In this document: in pieces, positions 10,881 to 28,286 of the stretch
Numbering within the stretch: the stretch's first letter is position 1
How the letters are laid out: each line of letters starts with the position of its first letter
DNA from: Azolla caroliniana
Lineage: Eukaryota > Plantae > Polypodiophyta
Assembly: GCA_043228905.1 (NCBI GenBank)
Contig: JBHGNT010000004.1
Span: 23,994,001 to 24,058,000 of the forward strand
Length of the DNA stretch: 64,000 bases
Reading direction: 5' to 3'
Made by a program: the position numbers and the translations under genes
Notes under the pieces: generated by a model
Told to the model about the DNA's origin: nothing
Databases searched by the model: none
What the model saw: the letters and a program-made list of their open reading frames with translations, nothing else

Positions 10881-13800
10881 GAAGATAGGTTGAAGCCATC
10901 CGGCACAACGAAAAGCCTACTTCAATGTCTGCTGAAGAATGGAGATCCATAGACGAAATCGCAGGCTCCAACATTCATATGCATCTAGCCAAAAATGTCT
11001 ATTTCAACATGGCTAAGGAGACAACAACATTCTCTTTGTGCAAGAAGTTACAAGCACAACTTTCGCCAACAGTTGCCCTAGGCTAAACTTGGACGAGACA
11101 ATTGGCCAAGTACTCACAAAGCACATTTGGCAAAAGTCGATGGGACTCACCATTGACAAGTCGGCAGAAGCCCACCACTCGACCAATTCGATTGAGCCGA
11201 TTGACAGAACCAGTCGAAAGAACAAAAAGAGGGGAGACCGACAACGATCGAAGTCTAGAAATAGTCAACAAAGTGATATCTGCACACATTGCAAAAAAAC
11301 TGGTCACAATATTTCCGACTGCTCGTCGATCATAGGAAGGAGAACGGTCGACGATTCGAGCAAAACTCAGGACGATCTGACTCAAACCGCTCTCCAATTG
11401 GCAACCAAATCAATGTTGCCAACTCCCAATTAGGAGAAATTCTCTCTCTAGAAGTCCTCTATAGTGCCCAAGACGAACAAATGTGGCTACTGGACTCCGG
11501 TGCCACATTTCACGTGATCCCCAACATCGAATGGTTTTCGAACAATTCGGCTAGTGCCAGCGGCACAGTCTGACTAGGCAATGGGCAAGAGTGCACAATT
11601 GCAAGGATCGGAGAGGTCGCCATCCAATTGCCAAATAGCAATACAATCACTTTGCACCAAGTTTGACACATACCTGAGCTCAAAAGGAGTCTGGTCTCCA
11701 TTGGCATGTTAGATGAAGAAGGGTACCGAACAACCCTCACTGAGTTGACATGGATGATCTATCGAGGAAATCTGAAAATCAAATACAAGTACAATAACTT
11801 GTACCCACTTATGACGATTAGTCTAGAAGGGGCAGTGAACATAGCCGAATCGCAGGACTCAAACTTATGGCATGGCCGACTCGGCCATATGTCTCAAGCC
11901 AGATTAGATCACCTGATGACAATCGGCTACATCACACAGCTCTAGACAAAGACAAAGATGGACTTCTGTGAGCATTGTCGTTATAGGTAACAGACCCGAA
12001 GTCCGCACTCTCGCCACTACAAGACGGTACAACATCGCCTAGAGCTCGTGCACACAGATATATGTGGGTCTATGCTCGAGCGATCACTAGGAGGCTCATG
12101 GTACCTCATCACATTTGTAGATGACTATACATGAAAGGTTTGGGCCTACTCGATTAGGTCGAAAGACGAAGCGTTCGAGGTCTTCACTTGGTGGAAAGTT
12201 AAAGTGGAGAACCGATCAAGATACAGAGTGAAGATACTCCGATTTGACAATGGAGGTGAATACCCCTCCTGAATCTTCAAACAGTACCTACTCGGAAAAG
12301 GGATCCGACACCAAAAGACCGTTCCATACACACCCATGTAGAATGGAGTGGTAGAATGGATCAATCCAATGATCTAGGAAATGCTCCAGCAACCCGGATT
12401 AAAGCTGGAATTCTGTGCCGAGGCACTGTAGACGACAGTTTATATGATAAATCTATCACCGTTAAGGGCAATGCAGCTCGAAGTGCCACATGCACTATGG
12501 TCAGGCAAACAATCGACCTATGATAGACATCATATATTCGGATGCAAAGCCTATGCGTTTATCCCCAGGGAGAAAAGGACCAAGTTGACGCCCCATGCAA
12601 CAAAGTGCATATTTCTTGGTTATGGACCGATGGGGAATTCGGCTATAGATTGTGGAACCCAGAGAACCGGAAATTGATCCGGAGTAGTGACGTAGTCTTC
12701 AATGAAGACTCGATTCTCTCTAAGTGGAACCAACAGAAAATAGTTGGTAAAAAGGTCTCCTTCTACACCGACAGAAATGTTGTAGAAGGACTGACCCACC
12801 GGGCCAAATCAAAGATTCGACAAACAATCAAAATCGACCAAGCCAACACCACCCCTGTCGACTCCGAATTGGCAAGAGGTCCACTAGTCGAAAACAATTC
12901 GACTACGAGATTGATGAAAGCTAATAAGGACAAAGTTAAACTGACCAAGGCAAAGGTCAATCACTCCCGAAAAAGGGTAGGATGACTCGACATTGCCGAC
13001 ATCATATTGCAAGGGCGAATTATCCAACAAGATTCCTAAAGACAATTCAAATAATACCGGTTGATCGACCGAGCCGACTGAAGAAATTGAACCAACAAAA
13101 TCGGCACCCAGGAGATCCGGACAAGTTAGAAGGCCAACCGAGTTTTATCAATCGAGCCTCGACTACGTCAACTACACAGACGTAGGCGAACCGAGCTCCT
13201 ACAAGGATGTCATAGCCACGCCGGACGCCAACACATGGCTACAAGCCATGAAATCCGAGGTGGACATGATTCATCAGAATCAAACATGGGAGTTGGTTGA
13301 ATTACTAGTTCGAAGGAAGTTGATGCCTTGCAAATGGGTCTTCAGATACAAATATGTATATGACTCAGAGAAGCCAAAATACAAAGCTCGGTTCGTCGCA
13401 AAGGGCTTCAAACAAGAACATGGGGTCGACTACGATGAGATATTCTCACTAGTAGTCAACATGACCACCCTTCGGCTCCTACTCGGGGTTGTGGCGACTG
13501 ACGATCTAGAGCTCAAGCAGCTGGACGTCAAGACAACATTCCTACACGAAAACTTGGAAGAAGACATCTATATGTCTCAACCGGCAGGCTTCACGACGAC
13601 GGGGGAGGGAAGTCACCTTGTATGTCGATTGAAGAAAAGCCTTTACGGCTTACAACAAGCGCCGAGAATGTGATATCATAAATTTGATACAACATCTGAC
13701 AGCTTGGCTACCGTCAATCCGACACTGACCCATATATGTATGTTCGGCAACTAGCCGACGAGTCCCAGATCTACTTGATCCTATACGTCGACAACATGAT

Positions 13801-13976
13801 GATTGTAGGGAGCAATCAAGCTGAAATCGGAAAACTAAAGCGGAGCCTTCACGAGAAGTTCACGATGAAGGAACTCGGACAAGCCCGACACATACTGGGC
13901 ATGAGGATTGAGCGAAATCGGAAGACTGACTCTTTGACTCTCCCAGTTCGACTACATCTGAAAGGTGCTAAGGCGT

Positions 13977-14333
13977 TGTCGTGAAGATTTTCGGGTATGG
14001 TGAGAAAACAGGATGGAATGGGCAAATTCGTCGATGTGCAACATGTGCACGTGTACATTAGGAAATGTATACAAAATAATAGGGGATATTTATCCCACAT
14101 TGTAACGTCCTTCCCTCCTTGGACTATAAAATGAGGGAGGGATCTCTTGTGAGAGGGTTGCCCATTTTGAGTTAGGAGGGTATACCGTTAGATCTAGGGT
14201 TTGGTAGCTTTCTTCTTCTTCTTTCTTTTGTGTGTTCTTCTTGGAGTGGTAGTTTAGGGTTTCTCTGGGTTCCTATCTCTCTTCTTGGTTCTCTTCCGCC
14301 CAATCCGACATGTGCACGCGGAATACCGTGACA
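13977..14333 (+). mobile_element. Solo LTR nested in the Copia RT
   Basis: tgtcgtgaag...gaataccgtgaca termini and TATA ctataaaa. Removing it and one flank restores Copia KVLRRFNMEN. Degraded 4-bp TSD gcgt / acgc. Confidence 0.85.
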
Positions 14334-17300
14334 ACGCTTCAACATGGAGAATGTGAAGTCCACACCAACACCACCTCCAACGTCAATCTGACTATCGGAT
14401 GAGACTCTCCTTCGACAGATGAGGAGAGAGAGCTCAATGGAAAGATATCCTACACATCGGCCTTAGGAAATATCATGTACGCGATGGTGGTGACCCGACC
14501 TGACCTTGCATATGTCGCAGGGGTCATCAGTTGGTACATGTCGTACCCAGGACGAAAGCATTGGGAGGCCATCAAACATATCCTCAGGTATCTGAGAGGA
14601 ACCAAGGATGCACAACTGACTTTCGGATCAGCCAACCCGACTGAAGTCGAAGGCTCTACCGACTCCGACTATGTTGGAAACTCCGACAATCGGAAGTCGA
14701 CATCAGGCTATATGTTCACCTATGGTGGCAGCGCCATATCATGGAGGTCGAAGCTTCAAGAGTGCACAACCCTGTCTACCACAGAGGCTGAGTACATAGC
14801 AACATTAGAGGTAGCGAAGGAAGCTATCTAGTTGCACCGACTGTCAGCCGACTTCTCAGCTACACGACAAATCGACCATCCAGTGCCGACCATCTATTAC
14901 AACTCACAGAGCGCAATACACCTCATCAGAAATCTAGTCTATCATGCGAAGAAGAAACACAATGAGGTGCGGTTCCATCATATCTGGGAACTCGTAACAG
15001 AGAAGAAGCTCGAAGTCCGAAAGATCAACACTGAGGTAAACATTGTTGATTGCCTAACGAAGCCACTCCCAAACAACGCTTCGGAGCACTAAGGACAAAG
15101 ATGGGACTACTACACGCGACCGAGCAGAAGAGTGTCGAACGAGGAGCAGAAGGTAAGTCAAAGACTAGCCCGATCCAATGAGCTGAAAAGGCAAAGTCCA
15201 TAGAATCGGAATGTCAAGAGGCTGAAGATTCAACATTGATCGAGGATACCGACTGGAGAGGAATTGATCAAAGGACAAACGAACCTAAAGATAGATCGAG
15301 GATCTAGTGAAGAGTACATGAGCAAACACGAGTGGATAGCAAATGATCGACCCAAGGCCGAGAGTCAGAATCATACATGAGGCGATCAGACAAACGAACC
15401 GGCTCAAACAAGCCGACCTAAATGACATACAATCTGTACAACTAGTCGAATCAGGCTAGATCCCAACTTTACCCGCTATTGATTCGGCTATATGCCTGAC
15501 TAACTTGTAATTAACTTTAGATTAAAATTGTAATCTAGGTTTACGGGGGAGATAACCCCTTACCATTGTATATAGAAAGAGTAGTCCTTTTATAGGGGAG
15601 TTTGTTGGCATAAAAGGCTGACTCCTTCCACTTTGTATCTTTAGTGTGAACACGTCTTGGAGTTAAGGCTCGAGTATATAAGCTCAACCCTAACATTGTA
15701 AACAATCTTCTTCTTGAGTCTTGGAGAGAATGAGTTACAGAGATAATAAGAACTTCCATTGAAGCTCGTAATTTGAGTCTATTCTTTTCTATTTCTCCCT
15801 TTGTCGTCTACATGTGTTGTTTGTTGTACATCCTACGACAGGTCCTCGTACATTCTTCCGTCCATATCTTCCATCATAATTCCTAGACTAATACTACAAG
15901 AGGTAACAAGTGACAATTTTAAACATCAATGTAAACCAAAATGTCACATGTCGATGGTGATGGTGTATTTGAGCATTCCAAGAAAACAATTCTATTATGT
16001 TATATGTGCCAACCAAAGAATGAGTACATGGAGATAATAACTATAATTGGATAGTTTGAACCAAACTAGTTTCTCCATAACAACCGTGCAAAGATAGCCA
16101 AGCCAAATTATCCTTACCCACAATCCACCATTATTGGTCATTCACATATCTTTTTAAAGTGGCAACGTAATTGAATTCCTCGGTATACACAAGTGGATTA
16201 AGTAGAGTTGCAGAATACTTTATATCTAAATGTACCGAGATTGACATTCCATTACTCCACTCATTTGAATTACTATGCTCAATTGGATAGATATCATATA
16301 TGCTACTATTATTAGTCAATATGACAGTTTGACAAGTAAGATGTGTAGATCATGCTTTTCAACCATATAAACAAGCTCCCATATAGTTATACTTATATTT
16401 TCTCCTTCATTTTATTGGTATTTGTTTTCCTCAAAAGTGACTATAGATCATCAATAATAGTTATCTCAAACATGTGCTATTTAAACATATAGCATGCTCT
16501 ATCATGTTCTTGCCATATATGGAGAACTTCTTGGATATTGATATAGCTTGGAGAAGATTGCTATATTGCATGCTCTATTATGTCCTTGCTATATATGAAG
16601 CAACACTTGGATATTGATATACTTGGAGAAGATTGTTTGGGTGATTACAAGCATTCAAGGTTATGTTCAATGGTATGTCTTGATTCAATTGGAAAGTGAT
16701 AGATGAAGCAAATTTAATGTATTGTTAGTAAATTTGAGAGAAATATCACATACTAGACCTTTATCTACTATAGAAGAGGATGTTCTTTGTAGAGCAAAAC
16801 GCACATTGTAATTACATGGCAAACAAAAATTAGAAAAGTGGCATCTATAGGTGAAGCAAATGCAATTGCAAAGGTTGTGCTAAAAGTATATTGGAGCAAC
16901 AAGTCACAATTTCTTGGATACTTTTCACTCTCATTAGGGAAGGTTGTCCTATTAATGCCATTGTTTATGCAATTGCCACTCATTCAATGTTATTATACAT
17001 GGATAGTCTTATGACATCTAGTTAATCAAATAGGTTGCAACCACCCATACTCTTTGTTCAATGATCTTGAACATAGGCAAACAATAATGGATACTCTTGT
17101 TGTTGAGTTCAATATCAAATTTACTAAGTCACAACTTTTACCCTTACATTTATAGGATTGATATGCACAAGTATGACCAAGGTTTATAAATGGCTATATT
17201 GAGATAATAAGGCATCTTGGTTGCCCCCTTTTGTAGAATGTGATACGGAAGAAAATTTTTGAATGGGTTTTGCAAAGAGTTACAAAAGTTGGCCTTATTG

Positions 17301-18203
17301 GAAAATAATCACTTGGTCGTTACATGTCTGGTTATAAATAGTACAATCAATATTTATGGCTTATCTATACATAATACTACTTACCTCTTATTGATTGGCC
17401 TAAGGACATGTTGGCAAACCATAATTTCTGAAATGTTCCATCAAATTTGGCGCTCTAAACATTTTAAGAAGACCTATGGCTTTTATTTATCACAAGCATG
17501 GTTATGCACACCTAGGCTCTCTAGGGGGATAAAACTTACTATATCTAAAGCTACACATGTTGTCAAGGAAAGCTATGTTGCTACCCACATTAGTCCCAAA
17601 AATTATGTGGTGGATGAATATATTAGCTCATGTGTTAGTGTATCTTCAATCACCTATTTTTTATGTTTAGGAAATCTTGTGCATCTTCAACAATCTAGAG
17701 GTACACAATTGGAGACATAAGACTCTCACCCCAACCAATTATTTACATTAAAGTTGTGAGCCATGAGCTAGTATGAAGAACGCATGTGTCCCACACCACA
17801 ACCATATACCTCTATGCTCTTTCTTACCTTGGACGAGTTGCACAAATAGGACATACAACTCATTGTGGAGGTGCAAACCCCAAAAGATATGAGCAAGCAA
17901 TCCGCAGAAGGGTAGTGAGGACTTTAAAAGGCATTAACCCTACACCCCATATCGAGACCATCAAGGGGCAAGATATACAACCAGGCTACGTCTAGGTGCC
18001 AAAAGCCAATCAATCAAGCTGTCCAAAAATAGATGAGTCTATCACTAGACTGCCCTTACTAATTTCCACATGAGACGACATACATATATGTATTTGCATG
18101 TGAGCGGGTGCAACCAATGGATGGATGGAGGGGGATATATATGTAAAAAAATAGAATATACATGTGATATTTGGCAAGAAGAAGGGTTGGGTTGGATGGA
18201 TGT

Positions 18204-18260
<57 letters not shown>

Positions 18261-18676
18261 CTCCCTAGATAGGCATATGATAGGTAGAGGAGACTAAGAA
18301 GTGTTGTAAGTAAGTGGATTTTACATACAATTAATATAATTGTGTGCTTTTACCAACAAAAAGAAAAGAATAAGAAAGAAAATAGAGAGAGAGAGAGAGA
18401 GAGAGAGTGAGAGTCTATTGAAGGCCACAAGAGTGTAAAGGAGGAGGAATAGTGAGGGGAGGGAATGGGTGAGGAGTGTGTGGCTCTCATAGCAATGGAG
18501 GGATGGATCCTTCCTCTCCTCCTCCTTCTTCTTCTCCTCCTCCTTCTTCTCCTTTATCATATCATATACATATCTCTCACCACTTGGCTTTTGCACACCA
18601 GTGAGAATTACTCCCCTGCTCCTCCTCTGCTCCTCCTCTGCAATCCCCCCCTTGCTTACATTGAGCTTTTGTTCCT

Positions 18677-21798
<3,122 letters not shown>

Positions 21799-23465
21799 GG
21801 ATAGTCCTCCTTGAAACCCTAATTTGGCTCCTTTAAGAAACTGTGACTTCAATTCTTGTAATGTTGCACCTCCATGGTATATCATCTATATATATCTCAT
21901 ATATTTGATCCCAGGTGGATAGCACCACCACCCCTGTTGTATCAAGATTTTTAGCTCAAATCGAGCATTGCTCAATTGTTCATTCCTCTCCTAACTCATG
22001 TCTACCATTTCTATTCCAAATCATAAAGCAAGATTTTTGGCTGACGTTACTAGTTCAAAAGTAGGGATAAGTGATTCAGACTAGTGCAACATAAGATGAT
22101 TATACATTTGTCTGGGTTTAGACTGCACTTTTATCACTACTAATCTATGCTAAAAAGCCTCAAGAAAGAAAATAGTGAAACTTACTTCATATCTTTTGCC
22201 TGAAATTGCTGCACACTATCTCTTCCCAATGACGCCATTCTTGCACACCTACTGACCATCTTTACCTCTCATACTGTGGCCCCCTTCATTTTCCATGACT
22301 CCTATTGCTCACCTTTTTCTCAATGTAGCCTTTTGTATGTCTATTGAGACATCTTATAATCCTGACATTCAACGCTTGCAATACGAATGCACAGCTTTCG
22401 ACAATTGTGATGTGCAAATACATCCATTTAGAATGGTCTCTTTATGAATTCATTGAGATTTCAGTTTACTCAAATACCTAATGATACTGATTGCCCACAT
22501 AAAACCGTTGACCTCAAACATGATAATACTAGATAAAGAACAAATGATGTAAAGAATTCTTCCTGGCTCACTTGTCCACTGTCACATACCTGACGCATCT
22601 CCAAAACAGTTCTACACGCACAAGCTTTTCTTTGACCCTAGTTGGAATCTCAAAGACTTTCACTTCTTTATATTGCAAGTCCCAAGCTCTTTATATTAGT
22701 CTAATCCTCCATGTAGTAATGGTCAATAGTATATAATATATAGAGATGATTATCCATCTTTCTAATCCACCATGCACATCAAAATTAACATAGAACTACT
22801 TTCACATAAGGAGCAAAGTGTGGTAACGAAAGCTATGCTGAAGGTTTGAACTACATAAAATATTTTCTTCTTGCCATCATAGCATTATGAGTTCATTTAT
22901 AACCTCACTTGTTTAACATGAATTGAGCATGTCCACAGTTATAGAAGATGCAGGACTTGTCTGGCAAAGTAACCTTTGTATTAAACATGCCACAAAAACA
23001 ATCCCTACTGGACGCAAAGTCTGTAAGCTCAAATATTGCAAGTGTAAGATCCTCCAATATACAAAAAATCCTCTCTTTAAGAGAAGTTTATGTGAACGCA
23101 ATGTCCTAAAACTGGGATAATAATATAATGCGAGTGTAAGATCCTCCAATATAAAAAAAATCTTCTATTTAAGATAAGTTTATGTGAACGCAATGTACTA
23201 AAACTGGGATAATAACAACATCGAAAGTCAATTAACATCAGCTGATGCAGAAACCTTGAGAATGGGTAAAATGAGACACTCTATATACAAATTCAGCACC
23301 ATTTAACAATCTATGCAGAGGAATAACTTCTATACATTATACTTAGATTATAAATCCAGAGCTATGCTTTATATGCCTTATACATTATTCATCTGAAATC
23401 AATGAACGAACTGCAAATATTATTTATTTCTCAGTTCACACCAAAAAGGAAAACATCTTTTTGTT

Positions 23466-24824
23466 TCAAATAGCCTTGGCATTCTGCAAAAGAGGGAAAA
23501 GTTGTCCTGCTTCATGCTTTGCAACAGTTGCTGCGAAATATTTAAGAATATGTCAGTCAAATGTTAACTACAAACCAATCACTTACGTAGTAAAGTATCC
23601 ATGTATGTATAGTAAATTTGGTTTTATAAGCATCAAAATGAGAGTATTAAGCACTCACTATCACAGCCTCCTATATGATTGCCACCTATGAACACATTTG
23701 GAACACTTCTTTGTCCTGTCCATTCTGCTAAAGCAGACTGAAGCTCTGATCCATCATCTATATTCAGACAAACATGGATTATTCACAATCGTGATATATC
23801 ACTTTCTTGAGATGCCGAAATTTTTTAGGATTGTATATGCCAAATATACAAGGTGCACCAAGCCTCCTGAGTGTTATATTTCACTGACAATAGGTGCCAT
23901 GCAAATATAAGGTAGTGGCGAGTTCAAGTGCACGTTTGATCATTTCATGATATTGATACAGATGAGAAACTGTCAGATAACATTTCCATGAAAGTTGAAT
24001 TAAGTAATCATCTCAATATCTTCATTTCTATTTCAACCTTATACCATTTCTCCATTTACACTTCATGCATTCATAATTCCCATGATTATTTTCATATCTT
24101 TATTCATTTCTATGGATCATAATCGCACTAATCATGAATATCTTGTCTAAATCCACCATTTTTTAAAACTAAAAAAGTAAGCTATTACATTAAAAAGTGG
24201 ATAAAGACAATGCAAAGTTATAAGCTTTATTTTTCTCCTTCATTTCTTCTTTCTTTCTCGTACAAATCAAGAAATTTGACGCCTACACGTTGCTGTGTTA
24301 TGTCAACCTTGCACACAATTGCTGCATTTTTCTTCTTTCGACATATTCAAATTTCTACAGTAAATGTTATAAATTCAAGAAGAATAAAGAAGAGAAGATA
24401 AAAAATAAAGAAAAAGAAATATCAGGATTAGAATTAGAAGATGAAGAAAAAGGAAAAAACTGAAGAAAAATGTGAATGAAGATTAGGAAAAAAAGAAACA
24501 TTTAGTATTCTATTTTCACTTTTTAATATAATAGCCAATACTGCGTAACGACCTACAGAACTAGGTGGAAACTGTCTGAAAAATATCCTCTGTAAAAGAT
24601 ACTTGACTGAAATATTTTTAGAATTTGAATTGAATAGCAGAATTAAAGAGATCTTAGAGGAAGGCATAAGAGGAACAAACTCTCTTGATCAAGTTCGATC
24701 ACTTTGCTTTTCGCACCGAGACTCGAAAGAAGTTGTTTGACACGGGCACAGTAAGGACAATAAGACTTGCTGCAATAGATTACAAAGAAAATCATGTAAA
24801 TCATCAGGAAAAAAACAACAAATA

Positions 24825-24859
<35 letters not shown>

Positions 24860-25186
24860 ATCAACATCTAGAGTCACGAACTCAATTCCACACTTGCTAC
24901 GTAAAAATGATAGGCTTTTAGTCCCAGAGGACATATCTGATCTCGGAGGAAGATAATAGAATCTCTCTTTCCTTCTCAGAAGAAGCCGATAAAAACTAAA
25001 AACTTTCTATTTCTCTTCCCTCTTCCCAGGAAGAAAGCAAAATTTCCACATCAATCGAGTTAAGGGTTTAATTAAGGTTGAGTGCTGAGAAGGAGAGGGA
25101 GAGGGAGAGGGAGAGGGAGTGGCTGACCTGAAGACGATGAGAGGGTTGGAGGAGACGAGATCCTTGACCTTGGAAACAGCCGCCAT
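23466..25186 (-). CDS. Class I (CPYC) glutaredoxin, 103 aa; exons 25186-25128, 24769-24681, 23757-23659, 23530-23466
   Basis: Spliced protein [27 protein letters not shown]...[21 protein letters not shown]...AKAI*. All introns GT-AG; GRXC-type. Confidence 0.93.
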
Positions 25187-25223
25187 AGCTAAAGCTAAAT
25201 AATGAGACAGGCACCTTCACGAT

Positions 25224-25260
<37 letters not shown>

Positions 25261-26978
25261 ATACATACATACATAATTACAATTTACATATATACATATA
25301 CAAATATGTGTATATTTATTTACTTATTTATTTGCGTTTAATTGTTTCCTTTGACTTTTAGTAATTACAAAGGATGCCCCTCTTATATATAGAGAGATAT
25401 ATACATACAGTATATAGATATGTGTGTGTGTGTATATATATATAAGAATATATAGTAAATGTTTATGCATGTGTCTAAATATATATAATATATGTATGTG
25501 TGTACATATGTATCGATATATATATATATATATATATACATATACGTACATACATATTGTCTATATATAAGAGGGGCATCGTTTGTTATTACTAAAAGGC
25601 AAAGGAAGGAGTTAAACACAAATAAATAAATACACACACATATATACATATGGTAAAAGTAAACTTTAGCTACCAAAACTAAAATTTCTGCATACCTACC
25701 CTCAAGTTGGTTTGCCATGTCAACCCTCCTGTGCCATAGGGACAACCCCCCCACCCTCTGTGCACATCACATTATCTAGACTTGGAGTGGAGTGGAGTGA
25801 AGTTTTCCTCTTTTAATTTGTATCCCATAATGGCCCTCCTATGACACACCATGTACCAATGTGTCCCTCATAAAACTCTTTGATGTAGTGATGATAATAT
25901 GTGAGTGACTACCCTCTCATACTTCCACCATGGATTCACTATCGGTTGCCTTATTTTAAAAAATCCATATTCGTAAATACATAAACAAGGAGTAGTGGTT
26001 AACGCAATCTGCAACTCATAGAGCTTAATAATGGCTCCACGACATTGACACTAATATAACTTCCACAATACAAAGAGCGTAGGTAATAGGATTGTTGTCA
26101 AATCTCATGATATGTTCTAATACATCTAGCCGTTATGACCACAAAGGCTGCTACAAAAGCTTTTGCAAAGAGAAGAAACTTCAAAGTCAATCTTTAGATG
26201 ATTCAAATTTATGGAGTACCAACCATTATAAACACATACCGAGTCTATCTAATGATTGGATTATCATTTTTAAAGTATTTGGAGTCTATCAAACGATTGG
26301 ATGGACATTTTAAACACATATTGCCTTTCGAGACTGATCATGGTCATGTCATACACTAACAAGAAGTGTACGCATCTTTCCTCATTGGAAGGACATCTTT
26401 TCACTTGTGTTCATATGATATCCAAGAGGCTTAGGCTTCCTTTTTGCTAAGGACATTTCTTAACTAGCCATATGTTTGTTACATTGTGCAGAACTAGGAA
26501 TTACAAAATATCTCAAATTGCAAAATACATCATTTGATCAAATAACTTCTATCTATTCCTTCATAATCTAATCTTAGCATAAAAAATAAAGAAAGGCATT
26601 CATCTTTGGCATGAATCGCATGTAGGAAGCATTTTATTGGAGAAAGGAGCTCTCCCTTGTCAGATATTTGATGCAGATGTCTCCCCACATGTTCATTTCA
26701 TCATAGTAACTCACACTCTCTCTCTTCATTCTACCAAATATACATACATGGCACCTGCAATAATGGAAAGGCATTAACGTTCTCCCTTTGCTCTCCTCTA
26801 TCCCTAACATTACAATAACATAACTTGGATCATCGTCAGTGAGTTCATAATTCTTTTTCCTCCCTCTCTTTCCTTGTGATTATTAAACTTGCCACAAGTC
26901 AAATCTCTATCCACATTAAGCTACGATTATCAACATGGTTTATAGTTTTACATTCAGCGACATCCTATACTTGGAAGT

Positions 26979-27412
26979 TAGTTTTGTAGAACCAATGGTG
27001 ACTGGAACACCTGGCCAAAGAATAGAAAGGGTCTAAAACTCCTATCCATGTAGATATCCTGACTGTACCATAAGGTGACAAAGGTTGTATGTACCAGTGA
27101 ACCAACCACCCAATGAGAAAATAGCTTTGTAGAACCAATGGTGACTGGAACACCTGGCCAAAGAATAGAAAGGGTCTAAAACTCCTATCCATGTAGATAT
27201 CCTGACTGTACCATAAGGTGACAAAGGTTGTATGTACCAGTGAACCAACCACCCAATGAGAAAATAGCTTTGTAGAACCAATGGTGACTGGAACACCTGG
27301 CCAAAGAATAGAAAGGGTCTAAAACTCCTATCCATGTAGATATCCTGACTGTACCATAAGGTGACAAAGGTTGTATGTACCAGTGAACCAACCACCCAAT
27401 GAGAAAATAGCT
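26979..27412. repeat. Tandem repeat, 3 x 143 bp
   Basis: Unit tttgtagaaccaatgg...gagaaaatagc recurs at 143-bp spacing; copies look identical by eye. Confidence 0.95.
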
Positions 27413-28286
27413 GGAGGTAGAAAACCTAATAAGCCATACCAACCTACAAAAACAAACCCGAAGTTCTGATCAGTTTTGCATAGAACTCCTATTGGTACAT
27501 ATCTCTATGAATAAGATTTCTCCCATTTCCCCACAAATTTCAAACAGATAGAAACTATAATTACATTTTCGACCAGCACAGGTACAAACGGCGACAGATT
27601 CTCCATCTCAATGTCATTTTAAAATGAATTATACAACACCACAATCACTCTTGTGGTACAACATATCATCTGGTATGGCATACAAATATCTCGCTTGATA
27701 CATAGACAAAGGTGATCCCGACAGAGATAATAATGATGCAAGACATGAATCCTGATGCTAGAACAACAGTCATAAATAATGAAGAATGGATCAGATGACC
27801 AACCCAGTTCTAGGCTATTTAACATTATCCACTTGATATCTGAATTGAGACCTCAATCCAATATGCCATTATCAAGCTTAGTTGAGAAACACCCACAAAG
27901 AGTAGGCTTTTGTTGCCATTACACAGTTGTTTATATTGAGAGGGGAGATACAACATTATCAGCTTCAAATAGACATGGTACACATCTTACACTGACAACT
28001 GATTGAATGCCTAATACACTTGCTATTGAGACTATCTTCCTACATTGATGAGGGAGCGCTTCCAATCGAGAATGGTTTTGTTTGATGGTAACAGTTTTGA
28101 CTGACAGGATACGGTAGCCATGACAGAAAGGTCAGCAAGTTCTTAAAACCCAAAATGCATACTGTTTTCATTAAGTAGTCACAAAGAAATCACAATACAC
28201 CAAGAGCTTCAATCAAAACAGATTATGGCAGTTCTTTGGGGCTCCTAGGAAAGCATAAAGCATAGAAAAAGATACTGTGTAAAATA

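Larger units (their letters stand above)
9910..15876 (+). mobile_element. Decayed full-length Ty1/Copia element; LTRs 9910-10191 and 15603-15876; TSD TAATT
   Basis: TG...CA LTRs with TAATT at 9905-9909 and 15877-15881. Degraded Met-type PBS (agtgtatcaaag) and PPT ggggag. Domain order PR (WLLDSGA), IN, RT (QLDVKT, YVD), RH (DSD, STTEAEY), with many stops and frameshifts. Confidence 0.93.

Noticed and set aside
15880-17800. AT-rich region with ORF 17259-17720, possibly an ancient DNA-transposon remnant
   Set aside because: Too degenerate to assign motifs or termini by eye.
23042-23214. ~91-bp tandem duplication (similar ones at ~9633-9892, ~16487-16635 and ~40540-40710)
   Set aside because: Ordinary local duplications with no sign of function.
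26979-27412. Tandem repeats here, and at 46640-46748 and 32183-32316, as CRISPR-like arrays
   Set aside because: No unique spacers, no cas genes, and the context is eukaryotic.
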